From positions 26,381 to 90,380 of the forward strand of contig JAPMXV010000028.1 of assembly GCA_026936335.1 (NCBI GenBank): 64,000 nt of DNA, written 5' to 3'. Position numbers and translations under genes: made by a program. The stretch is from Mantamonas sphyraenae STR306 (lineage: Eukaryota > Protista > CRuMs). Under the pieces are notes generated by a model, which worked only from the letters and a program-made list of their open reading frames with translations, was not told where the DNA came from and made no database searches. Of the stretch, positions 12,653 through 22,635 are shown one piece after another (position 1 is the stretch's first letter; each line of letters opens with the position of its first letter).

Positions 12653-14264
12653 CTACTCCTCCGTGCCACTGCTTCCGCTGCTGCTCCCGCCGCTATTGTT
12701 GCTACTTTTCGCCTTTGGTTTTTCCTGTGGGTCCTGCAGCCCGTTCTCTGTAAACGGCCCAAACAAGTTGTATCGCTCAAACTCGTTGCTCGTACCGCTC
12801 TCCTCGTCCACATCCTCCACATTGAACACAATCAGCGTGCCGTCCTCCGACACTGCCACCAAGCGAAGGGTGTCTGACAGTGTACTGAAGCACACTGTGT
12901 TCTTTTGGCCCTTCATCGCCTGATCCAGCTTCACAAAGTACTTTGCTCGAGGCGCTTCCAGCACATCCGACAGCATGTCTCCAAAGAATGACCCCACCAA
13001 TCCCGACCCACCCTCTCCGTGGTCAATCTCGAATATGTGCACCGTCTCGCTGTCCGACGACACGGCCAGAAACGCCGCGTCGTCGTTGAACGCCATCTGC
13101 TGGATGTTCACCGGAAAGTTTCCCCGCCTGAATGTCGCTAGCTTCTGCATCGATTGTGACGAGCTGCCCTTGTTTCCAAACACACGTACCACCGTTCCTT
13201 GCTGTGATGCCGTCGACAACAGCGTACCGTCCCAGTTGAACGAAATGGCACTCAGCGGAGTTTTGTGTGCGTCCACAGCTGTGTTGTGGCCCAGACAGCA
13301 TCAGCGAGATGTGTGTCCACCCGATTGCATCCAAATCACATCCAAATATCATTGTGCGTGTGTGTGTGTGCGTGTGTGCGTGTGTCAGCTGTACCGCGCT
13401 CCCCTGCAAAAACTTGTGGTGCCCTGCCTTCTCCTCAACCCAAGCCTGTGCACACAACGTACTGCAGATGGCATTCAGGTTCAGTGCATCGTACACCTCC
13501 ACTTTTCCGTACGTCGAGCTCGACGGGTACGCCAGGTAGCTGCAATTCTCGCTCGTGGGGCTCAACGCGCAAAGGCCCAGCGGGTTCGCTTCCGTTTCCA
13601 GCTGGTGCAGCCTCTTCATGTTGCTGAGCTCGTAGATCTGGATGGTCTTTTCCATCACCACAACCAGCCTGTGTGCCCCGTCCAGCGCCCACCGGTCCGC
13701 ACGCACCGTCCACGTCCCCGTGGCCATGCCCGAAAAGCGAAAAGTGTGAGTCTCGTGGCGTTTTTGGCGCCGCGAAAATGGCCCTCCAACGCAACCTCCT
13801 TCAATCCGCTTCCCCACTTACCGCTTCAGGTTGAACTTCACTGCCAGGATCGTGTTGTTGAATGTCAGCTCGCAAATGATCGAGTTTGTGTTTGTGTTTT
13901 GCAGTTTCAGCGTCCGCGGCGACTCGTCTGCTCCATCCCCTTTGCCCACCAACGCCACCAGTGACGTCCGAAACAGCATCTCCACCAGTGACACAGCCCC
14001 GCATTCTACATCCATGCCCATCCTCTGCGTGTGTCAGTTGCCGCATTCCCTGCTTCCCCTCCCCCCCTTTGCGTGCCCCGCTCCGCACTCACGCTGTCGC
14101 AAACATCGCGTAAACGGGTACACCGTGAAGATAGAGAAGCCCAACGTGGTGCCAACTGCAAGGTATGAGTAGTCTTGGTTGAACGAGAAGCACAGCAGCT
14201 GCTCTTCGCTCCCGTCTTCGCTGGATGACGAGGACACCGACGACGATGTTGAGGACGACGACAT
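12653..14264 (-). CDS. ATG18: PROPPIN C: ATG18/WIPI1-2-like, FRRG motif; 4 exons
   Basis: Motifs [35 protein letters not shown]...ICELTF...[35 protein letters not shown] and [10 protein letters not shown]. Introns at 14092-14025, 13821-13669 and 13462-13279. The first junction needs a 1-nt adjustment near 14015. Confidence 0.88.
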
Positions 14265-14400
14265 TTTGCCTCTTGCTTTGCCCCGCCGCCGCACACACAC
14301 CAACCCTCCCCGTACGACTTCCTCCCACGGTTCCACACGTCCCTTTCCATTTACCCCACATACCATCCCTTCCCAGTCACTGTTCCATCCTGCACGCCAA

Positions 14401-15366
14401 ATGGTCAGCCTGGAGCAAGCCCGGACTCTCTTGGACGAGCTCCCACCCGTGGACTATGCTTTCTCCTACGGCTCTGCCGTCAGCAAACAGGTCGGCTACG
14501 ACTACTCTGTCCCTGTCTCCGCTCTGCCAATGGTCGACTACGTGCTTGTGGTTGACAACAGCCCCGAATGGCACGACGAGAATCTCGCTCGAAATCCAAC
14601 ACACTACTCTGCCTTTGCACGCGCCGCTGGAAGCTCAACCGTAGCTTCACTGCAACGAAAGTACGGCGGCCACATCTGGTACAACACGCTGGTTCCCCTT
14701 GCCAACGGCATGGTGGCCAAGTACGGGATCATTGAACGCGCTGATCTTCTCCACGAACTGGACACCTGGCACTCGCTCTACACCGCAGGCAGGCTACACA
14801 AACCCGTTCATGTCCTTCATTCTGCACAAAAGCACACCTCTTCTTCGCACGACCTCGCCGACAAGCTCCATGCCAATCTCGTTCAAGCTTCTGCCGTCTC
14901 CGCCCTACTGCAACCGGCAAATGCCCGTCTTTCTGTCCACGACCTCATTATGAACGCTGCAGGCATCTCCTACATGGGTGATCCGCGCATGGGCATTGCA
15001 GAAAACCCACGCAAGGTGGCAAACATCGTCTCGGGCAACCTTGACGCCTTTATCACCCTCTACACTCCCGCCATCGCCACCCTTGCCGCCCACAACTTCC
15101 TTCACATTTATCAACACGACAACGATGAGCCATTGACGGCGCACCACACACTATCCCGATCCTCGCACCACCTGGAGGATCACCACAAACTCCTCCTACC
15201 GGCTGCCCTCCGCAATCACGCCCACTCGCACTCTGCCCTCTCTGCCGCCATCCACCATCTCATTTCCACCACTGCGCGCGAGCAGACCCTGAAGGGCCTT
15301 CTCTCTGCTGGCATGGTCAAGAGCATTCGCTACCTCGGGGCCAAGCTTCGCAAACGCCTGCTCTAG
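14401..15366 (+). CDS. TAM41: Mitochondrial phosphatidate cytidylyltransferase Tam41 (Mmp37)
   Basis: Motifs AFSYGSAV..Q.GY, WHDENLARNPTHYS, KYGII, LYTAGRLHKPV, ISYMGDPRMGIAENPRKVANIV and QTLKGLLSAG...Y...K. Confidence 0.95.
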   Translation: MVSLEQARTLLDELPPVDYAFSYGSAVSKQVGYDYSVPVSALPMVDYVLVVDNSPEWHDENLARNPTHYSAFARAAGSSTVASLQRKYGGHIWYNTLVPLANGMVAKYGIIERADLLHELDTWHSLYTAGRLHKPVHVLHSAQKHTSSSHDLADKLHANLVQASAVSALLQPANARLSVHDLIMNAAGISYMGDPRMGIAENPRKVANIVSGNLDAFITLYTPAIATLAAHNFLHIYQHDNDEPLTAHHTLSRSSHHLEDHHKLLLPAALRNHAHSHSALSAAIHHLISTTAREQTLKGLLSAGMVKSIRYLGAKLRKRLL

Positions 15367-15408
15367 GCGGCCAAAATCAATGCATTCAAGCTGGCCCTGT
15401 TCATCCAT

Positions 15409-17030
15409 TCATCCACTCGAGCTGCTGCTGCCACTGTTGCTGCTGTTGCTGCTCGACTCGCCGCTTCCGTTGCTGGGCAGATTCTCCACAAACACAAACG
15501 ACTCTGCCTCCTCGTACGCCTCCCCTTTCAGCGTAAATCGCTTCACACAGCAGTTGTGTGGAGACAACACCAGCAGATCATCGTCTGCGTTGAATCCCGC
15601 CAGAGAGTGTGTCCCGCAATCGTAGATTTGTGCAAACGACCACTCCGACTTTGCCCAATCGCCCAGCATCGACCCCACCACAGGCAAGTACTCTGTCACC
15701 CCCTTGAGCAACGTTTCTTGGTTCTTGGGCAGTGTTCCACTTTTGCCGCTGCCACTTCCGCTGGTGCTTCCGCCGTTGCTGCTGCTGCTGCCGCTACCTC
15801 CCGTCCGTCCGCGCTGGGCCTGTTGCGCCACCTCCTCCGGTAACGAAAACACGTGCACAGTCCCGCGTGCACTCGAACAACACAGCAGCGTGCTGTCGTC
15901 GTTGAAGCACAACGATGTGATGGTTGCCTGCTGCGACCCTCTGCGCAGTTCTTTTACCAGCACCCCCTCTTGCGTGTCAAACACTCGAATCAGCGTGCCC
16001 TGCTCGCACGCCGTTGCCAAAAGACTCCCTTCCGCGTTGAGTGCCACGCATTGGATCGCACTCCCGGAGTAAGCCTCAAACGTGCGGCTCAACCCGCTCT
16101 GCAGTCTCTCCACGTGCACCTTGCCCACGTTGTCACCCAGTGTCACCAAAACACATTCGTCGCCTCCTCGGTTCATGCACAGCACCCCCCTGGTGTTGTT
16201 CATCGTGTCCAGTTGGCACACGGGCTTCAAATCTTCAAACCGATACACGTACAGCACCGTGTCCAACGCAATTGCCACACTGCGCGTCCATCCATTGCGA
16301 TCGTATTGGTGTGCCATTGTGTGTGACATGCAACAACGTGTGAGCGTGTGTGTGAGCCGGGCACAAACCAAACCAACACCACCAAGTCCCACCGTCTACT
16401 TTTCAACGCCTCCCAGCCACGTACAAGTCTCGACGGAACTTCACTGCCCGCACTTCTGCATCGGTAAACTCCAGTTCAACAATAAACTTGCGTTGAAAGT
16501 CGTCCCAAATCAGCACCTTGTTCGTTGGGAACGACGCGTTTGTGCCGTCGCCCACAACGCCCACAATGTTTGTTCGGTACAGAACTTCCAGAATAGACAC
16601 GTGTGCATCCTCAAACTCTGCAGACATCGACCCACACCACATGGAGCACCCGACCCTTCGGTGTCAATGTTTTCCTGTACCCCCTTGATCCGCGTCCACC
16701 AACTTTGGCCGCACTTCCTCTCGGAATGTACCAAATGGCTGCCGACTTTCCGTCGCAACCCCATTGCCGTTGCACACCACTTCACACATCGCCAGGTCAT
16801 GATGGACCCGTCCACGTGATGCACCGTCCCACTCTCCGTGACATCCGTTGTGTGGACGGGCTATGTGCAGGACCAAACTCACCACGTGCGTAACGCTCGC
16901 CAAACTCCGGCTTGGTGTTGTACACCGCAAAGCCGTCTGAGAAGCCTGCCTGCCATCCCGAACAGTCTTGGTTGAACGAAACGTACAATGGCCACACGTC
17001 GTGGTCGACGTCCAGTGTGCTGCAATCCAT
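15409..17030 (-). CDS. PROPPIN D: divergent WIPI3/4-like, LRRG motif; 3 exons (alternative start 17087)
   Basis: Motifs YVSFNQD, LEVLYRTNIVGVVG, FPTNKVLIWDD, LATACEQGTLIRVFDT, ELRRGS, SSARGTVHVF and SEWSFAQ. Introns at 16882-16618 and 16424-16280. Confidence 0.88.
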
Positions 17031-17085
17031 TGGCGCACGTCGCGCTACCCGACGAAACTCTTCGTCCCCTCCCGCTTTCCAGGCC

Positions 17086-18360
17086 ATGCAGCTCGGCTAC
17101 AACGCCATAGTCACTGCTCTTCTGAGCATGGTGGTTGTCGGTGGCGTGGCTAACCGCGTGGTGTCCCGCATCTTGTTTGTGCCCATGGTTCACTACGCCA
17201 TCTTTGTTTCGTATTTGACGTCCGTCGCGTACACGCTAGTTTATCTGACCGTCCTGTACGTACGCTACCGCAAAGGCATCGTTACCAAGGACATGCTTCC
17301 GTTCCGCCGCGTGTTTTTCCTCATGGGCTTCATGGATGCCTTGGGCAACGTCATGGGCAACATTGCAAGTGCCCAGCTTCCGGGCCCGCTCCTCCCGCTC
17401 CTCGCCCAGATGATCATCCCGTTTTCCATGATTGCCTCCATCACTATCCTGGGCAAGCGCTACAGTCGCGGCCAGTACTTGGCTGCTCTCATCATCATTG
17501 CTGGCGCCATCATCCTTCTGTTGCCTGACCTTTCTCTGCTCACCGGCTTCTCGTCAGACACAGGCACCGTGTTTTACAGCCTCATTTACGTCGCCAGTGT
17601 GGCTCCTTCTGCCATCAGCTTCACTCTCAAGGAAATGGTCTTTGCCAAGTACGACGTCGACTTGTTTGTCGTCAACAGCTACGACTCGGTCGCCCAGCTC
17701 CTCTTTACCATTCTGCTGCTCCCTGTCGTGCTCATCCCGGGTCTCGGAGGTGGCGTCATGGGCGGGTTGTCTTTGTCCGACCTGCCTCACTACTTTGTGC
17801 AAGGCATGCAGTGCCTTGCCGGAATAAGCCCGACACCCATGGACGATTGCTCCGGTGATCCTTGGCTCCCGCTCATGTATGTATCCATCAATCTGTCCTG
17901 GAACATCTGTCTGCTGTTGCTTCTCAAGTATGGATCGGCCCTGCTCATGTTCATCGGCATCAAGGTGGCCTTGCCCCTGTCCACGCTCGCCTTTTACATC
18001 AGTTGGCCCCTGCTGCCTGCAACCAAGCCCAGCTGGTACACGTTTGTCTCGTTGGTCGTGATCATGGTCGGTGTGGTGCTCTTTCGCCTGCAGACCATCA
18101 AGAAGGAGGCGGCCGAGGAAGCCAACCTCACCGATGGACGCGACGACCAACCCACGGTTGTCTACCAAACGCCCGAAGAGATTGAGCGACGACGCCGCCG
18201 TGGCTCCAGTCGATCTTCCGCAACCATTTCGGGCAGCTTTCCGGCTGCCAAGACGGGCCCACGCGTGCCCAAATTGCTGTCGTCCGGCGGCAAATCGCCA
18301 GGGAGCGACAGGTCACCGAGCGAGTACACGCCGTTGGTGCAGTCTGCAGATGAACTGTGA
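17086..18360 (+). CDS. CRT-like transporter (chloroquine-resistance-transporter/CLT family, DMT superfamily)
   Basis: About 10 TM segments. Motifs GVANRV..RI...PM.HY..F, GFMDALG, LPGPLLPLLAQ..IPFSM..S...LGKRY, PSAISFTLKE.VF, DLFVVNS..S..Q and N..WNI.LL.LLKYGSA match the CRT/CLT family as I recall it. Confidence 0.85.
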   Translation: MQLGYNAIVTALLSMVVVGGVANRVVSRILFVPMVHYAIFVSYLTSVAYTLVYLTVLYVRYRKGIVTKDMLPFRRVFFLMGFMDALGNVMGNIASAQLPGPLLPLLAQMIIPFSMIASITILGKRYSRGQYLAALIIIAGAIILLLPDLSLLTGFSSDTGTVFYSLIYVASVAPSAISFTLKEMVFAKYDVDLFVVNSYDSVAQLLFTILLLPVVLIPGLGGGVMGGLSLSDLPHYFVQGMQCLAGISPTPMDDCSGDPWLPLMYVSINLSWNICLLLLLKYGSALLMFIGIKVALPLSTLAFYISWPLLPATKPSWYTFVSLVVIMVGVVLFRLQTIKKEAAEEANLTDGRDDQPTVVYQTPEEIERRRRRGSSRSSATISGSFPAAKTGPRVPKLLSSGGKSPGSDRSPSEYTPLVQSADEL

Positions 18361-18452
18361 AAAGGCGGCGCATGCGCATGGCATGCGCAGAAGCTCCATT
18401 GTGCGCGGCGGCGTCCACCCATCCACCCCAAAAACAAAAAGCAACACCCAGC

Positions 18453-21400
18453 ATGAGCGAGGAAAACACACCTGTGGATGGTAGGTCACATTGTGCAGCA
18501 GGGCATGGGCATATGTGAAGATCTTGATTGTGTGCGGCGTCGCAAGGGTTGTCTCTGCGGATGTATGCGACACCGCGGCTCGCTGTTTGCGTGGAAAAAC
18601 GCAACCTGTTCTTGTGCGTGACCCTCCCACTGACGCCGTCGTCTCCCGCACAGTTGTCGAGGACGAAACCGTTGCTACTGAGGAAGAGGAGGAGAAGGAG
18701 CCCGAGTACAACGAGGAGGAGTGGGAGCTGAGCGACATGCGCGGCGAGTGCGAGTGGAAGGTGGAGAACTTTTTGGAGCTGGGAGAAGAGCGGATCTTTG
18801 GCCCCGAATTTGACGAGAGCCCCAAGTACAAATGGTAGGTGCCGCAGTCGTGCCATCCTGCCTGTGCACACCGTATGCGTGTCCTCCCTCCCCTACGCCC
18901 TTTCCCGCAACGCCTGCTCCTCGCCCACGCCTGCATCGCCCACCTGCGCAAGTGTCGAATTCACCCTCTCGGCCGATTTGCAAACTCTGGCCCTTGGCAG
19001 CCCCGCCCCCACCTTTTTGCCACGGTCCCCACCTCCCGCCTTGCCCGCGCACGGGCCCTCGGGTTTCCCAACCACATCTGCTTGGCCCTTTGTTTATACG
19101 ATGCCTACGCCTTGTCCCTTCGCCTCTCATGCCCGTCTGCTCACACCCTCTGTGTTTTCCGGCCGCCCTCGTCCGCCCGCCACATTTTTTTTTCCCGCAC
19201 CCACGTCTGCCCTTCCCTTGGCGCCCCTTGTCGTTGTTGTACCCCCACACAGGCGTCTCCTGCTCTTCCCGCACGGCAACCGTGTGCCTGACCTTTCGGT
19301 CTTTGTGCAGATGGTCGACCACGCCAAGAAGGGCTCCGATCTGATGCACATGACCCACTTTGCCATCAGCATCACAAACACCAAGACCGGCGAAGTCGCC
19401 GTCAAGGGTACGTTGCATGTCCCCACCTGTGCCCGTTCATTGCCCAACTCCACATGCGCCTGCCACCCCTCCCATGCATGGCAGCTCTCTCTCTCGTGCG
19501 CGCAACACACCCTGCACAACGCACTGCTTGCCCTCTCAAAAAATTCTTCCTCTCGTTCCCCGCTGCCCTTTCACCGCCAACGCCCCCACCTTTACCCACC
19601 CTTTTCCCCGTTCTCACCCCCTCTCACACACGCGTATCTCACAGATGCTCACCATCGTTTCAACAAGAACGACTCCGATTGGGGCTTCAACACGTTCATG
19701 AAGCTGTCCGAGCTGCGCAACCCGGAGAACGGGTGGATCGCAGAGGACGGCTCGCTGACCCTCAAGATCGAGATGCAGGGTTTCCGCGACACCGTTCGCT
19801 CCGATCGCATCTTCTATTCCTACGACTACGATTCGCGCAAGGCCACAGGCTTTGTCGGCCTCCAGAACCAGGGCGCAACCTGCTACATGAACTCGCTGCT
19901 CCAGACCCTGTACCACACCGCCGAGTTCCGCAAGGCCGTGTATCACATGCCCACCGAGAACGACGAGACCAACAACAGCATCCCCCTTGCCCTCCAGCGT
20001 CTTTTCTACAACCTCCAGCATTCGCCCGAGGCAGTCGAAACCAAGGAACTCACAAAGTCCTTTGGCTGGGACGCGTACGACTCGTTCACCCAGCACGACG
20101 TCCAGGAGCTCAACCGTGTGCTCTGTGACAACCTTGAAGGCAAGATGAAGGGCACAGTCGTCGAAGGCACCGTCGAAAAGATGTTCCAGGGCACCCTGCG
20201 CAACTACATCGACTGCATCAACGTCGACTACACCTCCACCCGCGACGAGGCCTTCTACGACGTCTCTCTCAACGTCAAGGGCTGCGACAACATCTACGAG
20301 TCCTTCGATTCGTACATCAAGCCCGAAATCATGGACGGCGAGAACCAGTACCGCGCCGAGGGCCATGGTCTGCAAGACGCCAAGCGCGGCTGTGCCTTCA
20401 TGAAGTTCCCTCCCGTGCTCATGATCCACCTCAAGCGCTTCGAGTACGACTTTGAGCACGACGCCATGGTCAAGGTCAATGACAAGTACGCCTTCCCGCC
20501 CATGATCGAGCTCGACAAGTACCTCCACGAGGACGCCGACCACAGCGTGCCCCAGACCTACGAGCTCCACGGCGTTCTTGTCCACTCGGGTGATGTCCAC
20601 GGCGGCCACTACTACGCCTTCCTGCGACCCACCGCCGAGAACCAGTGGTTCAAGTTTGACGACGAGCGCGTAACCACCGCCTCCGCCAAGCAGGCCATCC
20701 AGGACAACTACGGCGGCGCCGACAGCCTCAGCTACACCCTCGGTGGCAAGTCTCTCAACAGCACCAGCAAGCGCCACACCAACGGCTACATGCTTGTGTA
20801 TGTCCGCATGGCCGACATGCACCACGTTCTCGAGCCCGCCAAAGAGGAGGACGTGCCCGAGACTCTCCACGAGCGCTTCCTGCGCGAGCAGGAGGAGCAG
20901 GACAAGAAGCGTCAGGAAAAGGCAGACGCACACAAGTACTGTCAGCTGCGCATCGCCCGCGCCGAGGACCTCATCAAGCACGAGGGTTTCGACCTCTTTG
21001 ACTACAAGCAGGAGTCTGAAACCGTCGTCAAGATCCTCAAGACCTGCACTGTTGCCGAGGCCAAGGAGCAGCTCGCCGAGCAGATCGACGTGCCCGCCTG
21101 GCGCCAGCGCTGGTGGCACTGGGTCTCGCGTCAGAACAAGACCACGCGTCCCGACGTCCCGCTCACCCAGCAGGAGGAGAACAAGATGATCATGGAGGTC
21201 TGGCGCTACCAGTCCGACATCAATGTCTACGTGGAAATTGCTCCCGAGGACACCAAGGAACCCGAAGTGGACGAAGCTGCCGGCCCAGGAGGCAAGGCCG
21301 CATCTGTCTTCCCCGACTTTGTCGATGGTGACGCCTTGATGAGCTTCAAGTTCTACGACCCGACCAACAAGGAACACCCGCTCAGGTTCATCGGCAACAA

Positions 21401-22586
21401 GACCGTCAAGGTGACCGAGACGCTCAACAGCATGACTCCCATGCTCCTGGAGATGGCTGGCCTTCCCGAAGGCACCGTCCTTCAGGGCTACGAGGAGATC
21501 AAGCCCGGCATGGTCGACGCGCTCAACGCTGACAAGAGCCTTAAGGATGCAGACATCGGCACCGGTGACCTCATCACCGTCCAGGTTGCCCTGAGCGAGG
21601 AAGAGGCCGCACAGGAGATGGCCAAGTGCACAGACTACTACGAGTACATCCAGCACCGCGTTAACGTGCGTTTCCGCGACATCAGCAACCCCAAGGAGGA
21701 CGCCGTGGTTATGGAGATGAGCAAGAAGATGCCGTACGACACTGTCGACGCAGCCCTTGCAGAGAAACTGGGCGTGGAGCCGCTCCACCTGCGCTTCACC
21801 GCTCACAACACCTTCTACGACCAGCCCAAGACGCACAAAATCAAGCGAAACGACAAGATCAAGCTCAGCGACATGCTGTACGGCATGTACCAGCCGCCCA
21901 CTGACATCCTCTTTTTCGAGAAGCTCGACTGCCCAATCACCGAGCTGGAGAACAAGAAGAGCGTCAAGGTGCGCTGGTTTTCCTCGCAAGTCAAGGCCGG
22001 CAAGGAACACACCTTGCTGCTGCCCAAGGACGGCAAGGTCCAGGAGCTGCTCGATCGTGTTGCCGAGCTGGAGGAGCTTGACGCCGAAAATGGCTCGGGC
22101 AAGCTGCGTCTGCTCGAGGTCTGGCATTCCAAGATCACCAAGACCATGCTGCCCACCGACTCGATCTACCTGATCAGCGACTACGCCACCTGGCGCGTCG
22201 AGGAGATCCCCAAGGAAGAGGCCGAGGCAACCGACGACGACCGTGTCGTGCGCGTGCAGCACGTGCAGAAGGAGTCTCCTCTGCTGCGCATGTTTGGTGA
22301 CCCGTTCTTCTTTGTGCTCCACGCCAATGACACTGTCGCTGACGTGCGTGCCCGTCTCCAGGCCAAGCTTGGCATCGAGGACGAAGAGTTCAAGACCTGG
22401 AAGTTGGCCATGTGCTCCTTCCTGCGCATTGATCACTACCTCGAGGACGATGAGGACCTTTCCAAGCTCAACTTTATCTCTAGCGAGTATCTTGGCCTGG
22501 AGCACAAGGATACCACCCCGCACACAACTTCGCGCGGCGGCGGTCACTCCATGTTCCGCGAGAAGGCCATTGTCATCAAGAACTGA
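18453..22586 (+). CDS. USP7: Ubiquitin carboxyl-terminal hydrolase 7 (USP7/UBP12-13/Ubp15): MATH + USP catalytic domain + Ubl tail; 4 exons
   Basis: MATH domain (WRLLLFPHGN, DWGF), Cys box GLQNQGATCYMNSLLQ, His box VLVHSGDVHGGHYYAF and C-terminal LGLEH...EKAIVIKN. Introns at 18481-18653, 18835-19252 and 19408-19644. Confidence 0.96.
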
Positions 22587-22635
22587 AGGAAATGAACATC
22601 CAGGACTGCCAATTTCTCACCGTGCTCTTGACAGG

